A stretch of 52,096 bases of DNA, filler included, from Sphacelaria rigidula (GCA_964200075.2; 4 parts of 4 records of this genome joined end to end with filler, not necessarily neighbours in it); one strand, 5' to 3'; positions 26,174 to 39,148 are shown, counted from the first letter of the whole stretch. Translations and numbers: made by a program. The notes: generated from the letters alone by a model not told the origin.

Positions 26174-27454
26174 TACCTCTTGTTTGGGTTATTTGTTTTC
26201 GCCCCCTAAATCATCCAGCCCCGGGGGCGAACACAGAAAATTCGACGGCATTCCGTTCCGTAGTTGTCAATTGTCGTTCCGTTGCTGTTGTTGTTGATGT
26301 TTCGTTGTGCTCCTCTGTATTGGAGATCGAACAATTCCGAGTATTCTTGCATTTACTTTACGATTGACGTTACTCTTTTTTATTCCCCCCCGAGAGGTTT
26401 ATGCATTCTTGGGCCACGGCATGCCCTACACCCCAACTTTAACCCCAAACCCGGCCGACCACACGATGGGCCATGGTAAGGTTTTAGGTCGCTGGGCCTC
26501 GGTAAGGTGCCACGTCGCTCTGCACAGACTGGGTTAGGCCGCGGCGATTTGTTTTCGATGTTGGTCTGTGGGAAAAATCATTTTTTTTGCCTACGGCGTT
26601 CCGCGGCAGTTGGAGTAATGCCTGCCGCGGCATGTCACGGCGCGCCACGGCGTATGTACCATTACCGTCCATCCCTGCCCCCCTCCACTCTAAAAACGCT
26701 GTTTCGTGACCCCGGGGACATGTGCCCCCGTTCTTTTTTCATAAAGGTCATCCCCCCCCCCCCCTAACTCTTATTTACCCCCGGGGTTATCGTTTTTCCC
26801 AAATAACACGGTTACCCCCCGGGTAAAACAGAGAATATTGCGGTATTTTTCTTTGTGTCCTCGCGTGTGCACCGCAGCAAGCACCCATGCGTTCCACTCC
26901 ACTATATCATCGAATTTTCCCGTGCGTTTTTACAGTGTTGGAAGATACACCTGCCTCGACACGAAAATCAAAAACGACAGGTGCACTGTGTAGTGGTGCA
27001 CACAAGCTTTCGTGCACCCCTTTTGCTTCCGAGTTTGTCGGTCTGTAGCGGAATCGACCGATTGGTGGTCTGTAGCGGAATTGGCGGCGAAAAGATCGGC
27101 ACGAACAAACGATTGAACGAACACAAAAAAAGTCATTTTCACCCCGCACGCAAGAGGGCACACGGAGCGGAATTGAAGACCGCACTGGTATCCCCCCCCG
27201 CTTTGTTTGGAGCTTTTATTCCAGTCATATTCCACGGAAGGAAGTAGGCCCCAAACATCGAATAATGTGGGAGCTCGACCCAGCATGTAACATCTCTGTA
27301 GACTTGAGATTGCAGTTGTTAAACGAGAGAGTGTAGGGAGAGAGTTGCGGCTCCGCATGTTCGCCGCGAAACGAAAGATAGTTAACTGCTGGTCCAACGG
27401 TGCCTGTGCCGCTGTTCCGCAGGTTTTTACGGATTGACGAGCAACGCTCTCACG

Positions 27455-30400
27455 ATGGACTCGTTCGCGCCCTTTGGTTGGCTTAGAACCATCCCGAGAA
27501 CTGTGGCTATGGGAGCGCTTCTTCTCTTCAGGGGCGCTGCTAATGCACAAACCGTCGCATGCCCAGCTTATGGTACCGCAGGACAGTGCGAAGCAGGTGT
27601 GAGCTGTTCGTAAAAAGCTGGAACTTACGCAACTTACGCAGTTTGTAGATACTAGCGAGCGCTCCCTGGCCTTTCGGTTGAAGCCGCTAGCTCAGCTTTA
27701 CAGATCGCTTTGCTTGTCACCCATCATCCACTGTACACAAACTCACGCGGTCGTCTCATCCTCTCTACAGGTGTGTTTCAAATTGAGTCGGTGGTGCGGA
27801 TATTGCAACATGTGGAGAATTGCTTTCCCCTTTCAGCCACACTACGGTGCAGCTTCCCAGGGCACAACTTACTACCATATGGGGTGGCGTCTCGTTCTAA
27901 TAACGTGTCCGAACGTCTACTTGTGGCCAGAATTGGCCTTGAGACGGCCTAGCTACGGACATTATTGAACGGGGGGGGGGGGCGTACTCATTTGTTGCTT
28001 GCCTTAGTCATTTGACCATTGACCACGCATCCCTTTCGAGACGGAGCACAATTCTTACAATGGGTCTTGGCACATCATTTCTACGTCATGACCGTTACGA
28101 AGGATTTCACCACGGCGGTGCACACGTGGAGCGGCGGGCATCCCAATTCTTACGCTTGTTCGACACAACGTTCTTGTTTGCTCGAATCCAGCCTTCAACA
28201 TCCCGGAGTGCGACTACTCGGATGGCAACTGCTGCTGGTGCGATTGCGAACCTGTCGAATACTGCAAGGATCAGGGCGATGCTAGTTATAACTGCATCAA
28301 CCCTGACTCGGCCTGCTACGAAGGTGCGGTATAGTGTTCGAACAAGTTTCAACGGTAGCTCAAAGCGGTAACGGTAGACGGGAATCGTGTCTGTGGCGGC
28401 CAGAGAGGGCGTGCCTGCGTGCCTGCGTGCGTGCGTTGGGACTCCGGGTAAAACGCGCGAAGCATTTCATGCCACCCCAGGAAACTCTTGTGCTTCCCTT
28501 ACATATCTAAATCGACTCTTGTGTGTCCATCCGCTCCATCTGACACCGGTGCTGATGAAGTTTCTTTTTCGCGAACGCCCGGTGTGCGCCTGCCCTTCGT
28601 GTTGTGAATCTCCGTGATGTCTTCATCCGATTTCCAGAGCCGACCATCGACGAGACGCCAGCTCCTATCGTCGTCGTTGAGACTCCAGGTAAATCGTGCG
28701 AAGCGTTTGATACCACCCCAGGGAACAACCCTTCACTTCGCTCGCTGTACCGCTTGTTATTCGTTGCACACTGGTAGCCTCCTATCTTCTATGTTGGCAC
28801 AGTGGCAAGGCAGGAGGTTCGGAACAAGCGATAGATTCCAACCGCCGAACGCACGTATAACATCGAAGGCGCGTGCTTGAGGACACACTTCGACGAGCGA
28901 GTACCGATATCCCTCGACCCTCAGTTTTGAATGTGAGCCGGAGCCATGTCGCGATGAGACGGGCGGGGCAGGATGGGACGGACCTACCCAGACGTGCTCC
29001 TTGTGGATTTTTCAATGGGAATTGTCATCTATGTGGGGTTCTCTTAGGTTGTCCTCGTCCGGCTTGGCGGCATTTGCCTTGTGACCGCCCAATTTAACAT
29101 GCGCGTTGACGCATTACATGGCAAGTGTTTCTCCTTCGCTATATCCTTTTTGCTGCTTTGTTTTATCGTCTTCACCTGTGTGGGCACGTATGGAATGTGA
29201 AAACAGTAGTCGAGCTGCGGGGACGAACAAGCGCCCCCCATCCTTGAAGAAGTATATCCCAATGTACGTGCAGTTATACTCGAATGTAATTGTTGACAAG
29301 GTAGTGTAGGAGGGGGCAGAACAGTTTCGGCCGTGAAAGAAAGGTAGCAAGATACATTGTCGCAGTGGGTTTCAAAAACTATAGGAAATGTGTTCCGGCC
29401 AAAACCCGCTCGAACATTGGGGGCGGGTGCGGGCTACGTAGCCAATTTTTTTATCAGTGGTAGAAATCCGAGGAACTTTCATTTTTGGGAATAGGGAAAA
29501 ATGGTTGTAGCAACAGCATCTCCCGGACATCAACCTCAACAACCAACAACAATACATAAAAACAGCACACGACATGATGGGTTGTCATTTCTTCGTTGTT
29601 CGCGTGTGTCTCAGAATTTGGAGTATGACGTGAGCAGCGAGGTTCTGAAGTTGTCTGATGGTTGTCCAGATATCAAAGACGACAGCGTCTTGTTTCATTC
29701 ACTGGATGAACCCCTCCCGACTCCCCATGTCTGCTTGTTCGATCTGGTCAACAAGTTGTGACTGACGAAGACGATTTTTGGGGCAACGATGATGTTGAGG
29801 ATGCTGGTCAACCAGTCGCAACCGACGACGACGATTATCGAGTCAACGATGATGTGGAGACTGGTGAGGAGCTTGAGTTTATGTGTCATAATACGGTTCT
29901 TCAACATGCCTTGACATGTCTCTCTCTCTATTCCTCTCTCTCTCTCTCCCCCCCCCCCGCTTCCTCTTCTCTTGCAGTTTTCCCTCCTTTCGTCTTTGCA
30001 TATTTGGAAAACTATAGTCGAACCAATATAACTTCGAGTGTGTGTCGTTCAGCAGGAGCAGTGGCGTGTCTTGGTTGGAGTTGTGTGCGTTGTACGTATT
30101 GAGCGACTAAGCCAGCTTAGCGCCAACAACAGCTGGTTCATTGGCGGTATAACGAGTTACAAAGATGGTTCGGTATCATACGATAGGACCCACCACACAC
30201 AACAATAACAAAAAATCACCCGAAGATGATGTAGAGCCAGCGCGGTGCACCCCACTTCACCGTGAAAGTCAAAGGAATCCGACCCTGTCGCAATTGAGAG
30301 CCACTTTGCCGTGGTGTCGATCTTACGCATGTTGTATGACTCTCCAAAACTTCTCCCTTGGAACACGGAAAAAATGGTGAAATGTACGTCGAGCATTGCG

Positions 30401-33400
30401 ATTCGAAATTTGTGTATTTTGTGCCTTTTGGTTGCGCCCTTTTGAGTAGAATCGAAAAACATCAAAGAATGAACACCTACCCGTGCCCTTTTGTTTTCGT
30501 CCTTTCGCCCGTATGCTTTTTTTGTTTTCGTGCGTATTGTTCTGTTTGTTTGCGTTTTTGCCTTTACCTTGTCTACCTTGTTTCTACCTTGTTTCTACCT
30601 TGGTAGATGGGTCGATGGGAACTGCGACCTTTCGAGGCCTGACGCCTGACGCATAATGTTTTATTTTATTTGGGTCGATGGGAACTGCGACCTCTCGAGG
30701 CCTGACGCCTGACGCTGATTGTTTATTTGAGTCTTGCTTTTGTTTTGTTGTTGTTTTTCTATACTTCTCTTTTCATGTTCAGTCTTGTTTTTGCAGCGTT
30801 GTGTGACCTCTCGGGGTCCGTTTCATTTGGTCGGATTTTCTGTGTTAGAATTTCCCCGCGTGCTGAATACTCTTTTTTGGGTAGGTAGCCCGTAACCACG
30901 AAAAGCGTCCCATACGGATTGGGTAGAGATGCGGAGGTTCGGAACGTTTTTTTAATGTGAACACAACACACAATGATCTTGCAGGAATTCTCAGTTAGGC
31001 TGTGTATACTGCGATCGCTACGATAACCTTGTCTATCTGCGTCGACTGCACTTTTTCGGATGGCAAGCGAAATAATTGTAGTACAAGGTCAAGGGAAGAC
31101 TCTGACAAAAACAAAAACAAAACGGTGAAAACCTGTATCGAAAATGGAGCATCTCCCCATGGTTTTGTTTTGACAAAATTAAGGGCCGGGGAGGCCTTAC
31201 TTGAGGCGCACCACTCCATAGTAACTCAAATGAAGTATACAAATATTTGAATTTTCTTGACGTGGAGTGTTGAACACGTCTAGGACAATTTGTCTTTGTT
31301 ATCGGAGTTGTTAGTCAGAATCTCACGAATGCATTTCCTTGCCAAAATTCAGGGCAAAAATCAGAGAGGAAATGCCAAAAAAAAGGAGGGGGCAGGTAGA
31401 CTCGAACCCACGACTCACTCCAGCCAGGTGTTGTACTCATATTACTTCGCCATATATTACCCTAGATAGTGCGGCTCCTTCCCGACGGATTCCCGATTAA
31501 ACGTCCAGACTGAGAAATCATACATTCATTTGTGGCGAAAGTGCTAATACTTCGCCGATTGGGACAAACGTTGGCATAAACGATCGGCGAAACTCGTTGC
31601 AACAGGAAATATATACTCGAAATGGGTTTCCGTGGATTTCGGCGGCAAAATACATAAATATATCACATATTGGAGCAACGAGGCTTCTAGTTGGCACTGG
31701 CTCTACAGTGGATTTCGTTGAACACATGTATAGGTGCCCTCAGCCGTCTATTTGAAGTTATGCTCACTCGACCGGCTGCCCTTCAGCCAGTATTGAAAAC
31801 TTGGGCAGCGGTTTTTCAAAGGTTCACGTTTTATTTTCGTTTTCTCTGGGGGCCAGCCAGGCTTGATCTTTCACCATCCTATATTTTGTCCCCAAAACAC
31901 GGCGTGAAGATACTCGAATCGGGATTAGCAGAGAGTGCCGTCTCATGTTGTGATGTTGCCGATACATTGTCGGATGGCAAATGAAAAAGTAAGTAATAAT
32001 TTAGCATGTTTATTATCACACCTTCAGCCTCTTTTGCCCACCTCGCAATATTGTCTTTTCAGCGAAGCTAACTTTGTAACAAAATGTTTCACGTCTTCCC
32101 CAATAAACACATACAAATTTCCAATAGGAACAGTTTGCGGCCTAGCCAGCTTGCTCCGTCTCGAAAGGGACGCGTGGTCAATGGTCAAAACACTAGGGCA
32201 AGTAACAATTGAGTACGCTCCCCGCGCGCTAATTTTTTGTTCTTATCGCACGCTCGTGCCTCTCATCAATGCGCCCATCACAGCACTTACGCCCGCACCT
32301 GTGACAGCCGCGACAACTGAGCCCAGCCTTGGAGACAGCACAACAGCCACGACACCATCTCCGTCCGTATGCAGCGACCAAAACGTCGGAGACGGCTACT
32401 GTGATGAAGGTAAGTTTCGAACATCCAGTCGAAGGCAGAACGTTCGACAAGCGAGGGGGTTTCGATTTTCGCCGTTCGTGGAGAGAAAGTTGCAAAGCAG
32501 AGCAATTTTGTTTCGCTAAAGTGGTCATTTTCGATGGTGAACCGAAATATTTGTCGAGCTAACCTCCACCCCCGCCACATTTCGCCTTATGGCGTAGGCA
32601 GAAATCTCCCCAGACGTCGATCGGTGGTCGTACAGCATCCCGCGAAACCACTGACCACCCCCTTTTCCCCCCTGCTTTCTCTCTTTTGCAGAAAATAACA
32701 ACGAGCCTTGCCTGTGGGACGGCGGAGACTGTGAGTGAAAGCTGTAGCAGTGGCCGGCCTGCACCCTCTCCTGTAGGTCGGAAGATTTTATCTTGAGCGA
32801 GAGTCATCCCGATACTTCAGCAGTGTCGAAGATCTGGTTGGTTCAATTTGTAGCAACTTTTGTACTGTTGTATCGCCATATACATGCCCTGCGCGTGCTT
32901 TCGCCGATGTTGTTTTTCAGGCTGTGAATGCACCTGTGACGCCGAAGCAACATACAAATGCGGTTCACCCGAGTACGACTGTAAGGATCCGAGAGGCACC
33001 ACCTGCGAAGATTTAGGTGCGACGATGTGTTCGAAGTATAAATGTGGCAGGACGTTCCGGTTTACGGTACATGGCTATTTGCATTGACGATGACAGTAAA
33101 TGTGCGCCCATAGATACCCCCCTTTGCTGCGTGGTAATTTTTCCCTTCTCCAAAGGTGAAACATGCGATGTTTTTATCGCGGAGAACGTTGAGGGGCCTC
33201 GAATATAAAGTTGGAAGAACATGGTGTGATATTGCATGATGAACGAAACCCGGAAAGCGCGATCCAGTCTATCTCGTTCAGAAACGTGAGCACGAGAAAA
33301 CTGCGTCTGCAACAGTCCACATCTATCTGAAATTCCACCCTCCACCTGTTCGTTGTGAAAATAAGTGATCCCAATACTAACACGTCCCAACTCGCTTGTG

Positions 33401-33568
33401 CCTTGGGAACCCAATACTCCCAACCGAACGCGTGGCGTTGGACTCGACTTAAAAGAGGACGCCACTGGTTCCTCGTCGCCGTCGTTCTACAACGCCAACT
33501 TCCTCTTCGCTTTGGGTGTCAGCTGTGCGATGGTGTTCTCTATGGTCGCGACTCCTAATTACAATTAG
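27455..33568 (+). CDS. Secreted, putatively GPI-anchored protein with two LNR (Lin12/Notch-like) Cys-rich modules, ~268 aa
   Basis: Exons 27455-27596, 28192-28323, 28638-28688, 29756-29863, 32284-32409, 32692-32730, 32921-33016, 33456-33568 (807 nt). All introns are GT-AG and phase 1. Signal-like N-terminus (MDSFAPFGWLRTIPRTVAMGALLLFRGAANA), GQCEAAFNIPECDYSDGNCCWCDC..YNCINPDSAC, acidic and Thr/Pro linkers, CSDQNVGDGYCDEENNNEPCLWDGGDCCECTC..YDCKDP, and a hydrophobic C-terminus. Confidence 0.82.
27971..28048 (-). repeat. Poly(C)-tailed element, copy 4 (intron 1 of the LNR gene)
   Basis: G-run followed by a core identical to copy 1. Confidence 0.85.
30608..30715. repeat. Two 45-bp direct repeats with hairpin potential
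   Basis: TGGGTCGATGGGAACTGCGACCT(T/C)TCGAGGCCTGACGCCTGACGC at 30608-30652 and 30671-30715, separated by an AT-rich spacer. Confidence 0.85.
31385..31452 (-). repeat. Degenerate tRNA-like / SINE head
   Basis: Minus strand has a B-box-like GGGTTCGAGTCTACC followed by a T-run. No full cloverleaf. Confidence 0.35.
32152..32223 (+). repeat. Poly(C)-tailed element, copy 5 (diverged)
   Basis: TGCTCCGTCTCGAAAGGGACGCGTGGTCAATGGTCAAAACACTAGGGCAAGTAACAATTGAGTACGCTCCCC. Confidence 0.8.
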
Positions 33569-33656
33569 ATAAAAGGTTTTGTGAAATCCCGACGAAACAA
33601 TCTGAGCCTGCGAGGGCGCCGTCGGTCTTGGCTTAGAGGTGTCTGGTTTGATTTAC

Positions 33657-33913
33657 GAGGGATACTACGGTAGGGGTACAGAAATATTTTCTGAGGTTGG
33701 AATTGTTAGGATCCCTTGATCTAATCCAAAACACGACTTATGAAAACATGCGAGAGCACGCCAGGATTACTATTCCAATGTGCTGGGGATATCCCAAATA
33801 AATCTGCAAACGGGGATGCACTGGCTCATATTCTTGCGCGTCTACAACCGTTAGGAGCTTCTGAACCAGACAAAATTTCGCGAAAGAAGTGCACCCCTAC
33901 CGTAGCATTGCTC
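33657..33913 (+). mobile_element. Sola-like MITE family B, copy 3
   Basis: GAGGGATACTACGGTAGGGG...CCCCTACCGTAGCATTGCTC with 4-bp TSD TTAC. It lies about 90 bp after the LNR gene stop. Confidence 0.85.
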
Positions 33914-35393
33914 TTACTGGAACGGAACTGCGTGTAACATTAGCTACTTTGGGAGTGATAAGCACAGAAAACTAATATTTCACGTTTTCGTCTGGTGTGA
34001 TTGAAGAGGCGTGTTTGTTCGCTTCGTTCCTAGACACTGATCCGGTAGTGCACCAGGCCGTCAATGTCTGACTCGCTGAGGGACTCGGTCTGCTCCTCGT
34101 CCATTTTCGGGAACGTAGAATGTTGACCCGCCGTAGATGCAATTACTAAACGGCAGGACTCCGGTGACTTGTGTGGCCAGGGTGTCCCGGATTACTGGCT
34201 TGCCTGGAAATTGGGAATAATTCAGGACGTGCATGCTGTTTATTGGGGTGTCGAAAGGGATAGGAACAACGGCAGAGAGTTGGAATGATAGGTGCAGCTT
34301 GCGTGCGAGATTTCACACACGGAGATGTGACCGTTTCAAGAATCGGTTACATAGCTACTGTAGTTTTTTCGCGATTGTACGAAGTGCCACCGTGAAGAAT
34401 CGACGCAATGGCTCCTTTCTAGCATTGCGGAGCACCCCCCTTGTTTGTACGATGGGTTGCCGCTCCGAAGGAGGTGGGTGGGGGGGCTTGGCCCTTGGAG
34501 TCGGAGGTGGCAGGGCGTAAGAAGCGGGTGTTGCAGGGGTGCTGTTGGGGCAGAAGGGTTGGAAACGGGGGGGGACTTCAGAGAGAACAAGGGGTGCTTT
34601 TCTCTTGGTGTGACCGAAATTAGCATTAAGCAGCAAGTCGCACAGACTTTTGCGTGCTGGAATATGCGCGCGGGAAGCTTTAATCCAGCCATTCGACGGA
34701 AAGTTGTTTTTTGTCCGATGGGTTGTCGGGAGTGTCGAGGAGGGGGGCTTCAGCTTTTTTTTATTCGTGCGAGATGAGTCTGGAATGTTGATTCTGATTT
34801 CTTATTGCTACTTCGAGCAATGATCTTGTAGGAATTTGTCGGTTAGGTTACCATTGCTACGACTGGTATTTTGTGTCGGTCGGTGTCAACTCTGCACTTT
34901 GTCGGATGACAAGCGAAATATGAGTTCTAAACAATATTTGGGATCGTACATTATTTGAGGTTCGGTATACTTGTTCCCCTCGCGTTTTGTGAAAGAGGTC
35001 TCTGAACAACACAACGCTTGGTTTATGGTTGACGTTACCGTTGAACACCATCGTATAAATGCATCACCTCGAGCGTTTCCCCAAACCTCGAAAATCCCCC
35101 TTCCGGATAGGATCTCTTTCTGTTTTTACCCAAAGTTATGGGCCCTTAAAGGCTGGTAAGAGGAATCATTGGCACGGACAAAATACGTCTGCCCGTGTGC
35201 TCCTCCATACTGTAACCGTTCAGAGTCTCAACTGCCAACCCCCTCAACCCCCCCAACACCACCACACCACAGCTTGGGTCAGAGGGCTATCCCCTAGACC
35301 AAAGTAGTCAGCGCGCCTCTAACAAAAGAGAGTCATTTGGGGGTTCAAACCTTCGGCCCTGTCTCCGAGGGCCTCCTCTTGCCGGACGCTGCT

Positions 35394-35650
35394 GAGTCGT
35401 TCCGCGATAGCCCTGCCCAAAACCAGCGATATTCCTTAACCAACGTTTCGTGGCTGTGAGAATCGAGAACAGGGGCTATGAAAAATAATATTTTACATGT
35501 GATGTTATTTTTCCGTGCGTTAACGAAAGATGAAGTCGCCACATCGTAAAAGACGCCACACTCAGGGTGTAATACCTGGAGCTGGTTTTCAAAACCAGCG
35601 ATTCCATCATTAAAGAGTTCGGGGGGGGGGGGGCTATCGCGGAACGACGC
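35394..35650. mobile_element. MITE with GAG-type terminus (Sola-like, separate family)
   Basis: TIR GAGTCGTTCCGCGATAGCCC / GGGCTATCGCGGAACGACGC with flanks TGCT/TGAT. Length 257 bp. Confidence 0.55.
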
Positions 35651-36014
35651 TGATACTGTGTTTCAAGACAGAGATGGCTCTGTGATAAGAGAACACGGAA
35701 AGTCTGGTGTGTACGTATAATACGCAGTTTTTGCTCAGTTTCCCAGTTTTTTCTCAAGCTCAAGCTAGAGTATTCAAACGGATTGCTGTTCTTTATGGCT
35801 GGTAGGGTTGTTGTGTCACGTTTTGTGGCCCTCTCACCTTCCTATAGACCTCCTTTTTTCATCAATGTTCTCCCAAACCTGGAGTTACGTGTGGTATCAT
35901 CTACAGATATATGTTGCATCGGAATCCTTTGAAATTCTTATTCCGAAATTTAAAAATAATGCGTATATTTCGAAAGTGAATTTTAGGTATGTATTGCAGA
36001 AAGTGGGTGGAGTG

Positions 36015-36135
36015 AAAAAAAAAAAGACTCCTTTGAGTGACCTTCTTTCTGTGTGACCCCGGCTGGGCCGATTTACACCGGAAGGTGTAGACTGGTGCCC
36101 AGAATAGATGGGACGAAAACACACACACATACACA
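36015..36135 (+). repeat. Retroposon 3' end with (AC)n tail, copy 1
   Basis: ..CTGTGTGACCCCGGC..ACACCGGAAGGTGT..CCAGAATAGATGGGACGAAAACACACACAC, homologous to 38070-38186. Confidence 0.6.
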
Positions 36136-36888
36136 TTGCGAAGGATTCAATTCCGGAGTTTTGTATTTTTCCGAAAAATTTCAAAATCGGTACAAATTTA
36201 ATGCAAGGTTTGCTCTTTCCGAGATACGAAACTACGAAATTCCCAAGAAAACCTCTCGTCGATGCAAATGTCCCTACCTAACTATATATGATTTAGTATG
36301 ACTGCACTAAAAAATCTCTAACTTTGTGTTGTATGAGTTTTAGGACACTTTAGTAAGAATTATGTAGTAGACATACCATGTAGTTCTGCCACATCACAAC
36401 AAGCACACGTACATTGACTAGTTGAATTTTGGACGACTTAATAGTAATGACTGGATTTCTCTCTCTCGTGAAACGTCACCCACTTATAATAGTCTACTTT
36501 CTGTACAAGTACTGTAGGCCGCCTAGAAAATACATTTCCTACAAAACACCATGCTTCGCACCTCATATCGGGCAAAGAGACTTTATCATTCATTGCAAGA
36601 TGCCTGACCTCTATTTCTACTTATAGTTTCTATACAACTTTGTATCACATATATTGTAGTAAACCCAACCGCCGTCTTCGATAGGGGCCCATACAAAAAA
36701 AGCGGGCGGAGGGTACACGAAGCGGTGTGTTAGGGTAGGCTCTGCTTTATACTGATGGGATGGTAGCATATCGTATTTTGTAATACCGTAATGTGATGTT
36801 ATCACCAAAATCGAAACCTGTCCGATTCTCCAATCCATAACCACATGTTGTACATACATCATAATGCTCCATTATATTGTATACTAAT

Positions 36889-37305
36889 GGTCCATTCCGC
36901 GATAGAGGGGTCACGTTTTGGACCCTGGATTGTTTAGGAAGCGTCCCGACATGATCGATTGTGGAAGGAATGAGTTTGACACGTGAACAGTGAGGCTTGC
37001 GAGGGGTAAGGGGCCCCGGAGATCACTGATGTGTCACGCCGGGATGGACCACGCATCATATATTTTGTTCAGGAAGCGACCAGTTTACCCATTGAACCAG
37101 TGAGCTCTAGCCCTTTCATTTCCAACATTAAAAAAAGTGGTTGCTGGACAGGGAGCGAGCTTCCCTCTTGTTTTGTGTATCACGGTGTGAAAAAACAAAT
37201 TCAATAACTGCCAGACATTGAGTAAAAAACAAAGATGTGATATTCGAACTTGGCCAAATACCCTGCGTGAAATCGGAGGTATCCCCCCTATCGTGGGATG
37301 GATCC
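36889..37305. mobile_element. MITE with 3-bp TSD (PIF/Harbinger-related)
   Basis: AAT|GGTCCATTCCGCGATAGAGGGG...CCCCCTATCGTGGGATGGATCC|AAT. Removing it restores the array unit (TACTAATACGTTGG). Confidence 0.65.
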
Positions 37306-37607
37306 AATACGTTGGTCGTATCGATCGAATCACCACTACAATTCTTCAATCCATAACCATCCGTTGTACATACATAATAATGCTCCATTATCTCATCATG
37401 TACTTCGTACGTTGGTCGTATCGCATCCATCGAATCGTTGCTACTGCAACTGCTGGATGACAATGGCAGAGACGTCGCCACCGCCGTTGTAGATGCTCGT
37501 ACTTTGTAATAATGTCATGTTATCACTACAACCGACACTTCTCCGATTCTCCAATCCATAACCGTCCGTTGTACATACGTACACCATAATGCTCCATTAT
37601 ATTTTAT

Positions 37608-37840
37608 TAGGGTTGTGGATCGGCTGAGTTTGTCGATGTTTTAAACATCGGTCTTCGGCGCAGCCGATATTCCGATACATCGGCGAAGCCGCCCCGCCGG
37701 AGGCGAAAGATGTTGGACCGAGTTTTGATCGGTTTATGAGTATTGAAAAACATGAAGAAAAATCGTCCCGATTACCGATTCGATGTCGATTCGATCAATC
37801 GCGATATAATCGGATGAATCGGTTTCGATTTACAGCCCTA
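37608..37840. mobile_element. hAT-type MITE
   Basis: TAGGGTTGTGGATCG...CGATTTACAGCCCTA with 8-bp TSD TATTTTAT/TATTTTGT. Confidence 0.75.
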
Positions 37841-38069
37841 TATTTTGTATTCTGTACTTATACGTTGGTCGTATTGTATCGATCGAATCGTTACTACTGC
37901 AACCGCTCGATGACAATGGCAGAGGCGCCGCCACCTCCGTTGCAGATGCTCGCACTTGGTAATAATGTCATGTTATATATCACCAAAATCGACACTCCTA
38001 CGATTCTTAAATCCAGAACCATCCCTTGAAATACTGTACATACATCATAATGCTTCATTATCTTCTACA

Positions 38070-38186
38070 CAAAAAAACAACTCCTGTGTGTTGACCTCCC
38101 TCCTGTGTGACCCCGGCAGTTGCCCGCTGATACCGAAAGGTGAAGACAGGCGTCCAGAATAGATGGGACGACAACACAACACACAC
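38070..38186 (+). repeat. Retroposon 3' end with (AC)n tail, copy 2
   Basis: Homologous to 36015-36135 and interrupts an array unit. Confidence 0.6.
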
Positions 38187-38427
38187 TTATACGTTGGCCG
38201 TATCGTATCGATCGAATCGTTACTACTGTAACCGCTCGATGACAATGACAGAGGCGCCGCCACCGCCGTTGCAGATGCTCGCACTTGGTAATACCGCAAT
38301 GTCATGTTTCCACCAAAACCGACAGACACTTCTCCGATTCTCCTATCCATAACCACTCGTTGCACATACACCATACAGCTCCATTATCAGTTATACTTAT
38401 ATTATACGTCGGTCGTATCGTATCGAT

Positions 38428-38676
38428 GACTGAGGCCACGGTAGGGGTGCACAACATTTTCTGAGCTTCAAAAATGAGAAACTCGATACCGCAGCCTAGA
38501 ATGGGCACTGATAAAGTATGAAAATATGACACGATACGTAATCCAATGGGGTAGATCAACCACGAGTGAAAATCAAGATCGGACGTGATGTTGCAAAACT
38601 GTGAGCTAGTTCCTCAGTCGGGGAAATGCGAGAAGATTCTGGGCCATAATGTGCTACCCCTACCGTGGCATGACTC
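38428..38676. mobile_element. Sola-like MITE with TIR related to family B but a different interior
   Basis: CGAT|GACTGAGGCCACGGTAGGGGTGCAC...GTGCTACCCCTACCGTGGCATGACTC|CGAT. The empty site TATCGATCGAATCG is seen in neighbouring array units. Confidence 0.8.
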
Positions 38677-38687
38677 CGATCGAATGG

Positions 38688-39047
<360 letters not shown>

Positions 39048-39048
39048 C

Positions 39049-39148
39049 NNNNNNNNNNNNNNNNNNNNNNNNNNNNNNNNNNNNNNNNNNNNTTAATTAA
39101 TTAANNNNNNNNNNNNNNNNNNNNNNNNNNNNNNNNNNNNNNNNNNNN
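39049..39148. other. Artificial contig linker
   Basis: N44-TTAATTAATTAA-N44. Confidence 0.97.

Noticed and set aside
30975-35220. Diverged similarity between ~30975-31230 and ~34820-35210 (CAATGATCTTG.AGGAATT..GTTAGG..TGCACTTT.TCGGATG.CAAGCGAAATA)
   Set aside because: An old dispersed repeat with no definable ends, so it cannot be classified from this window.
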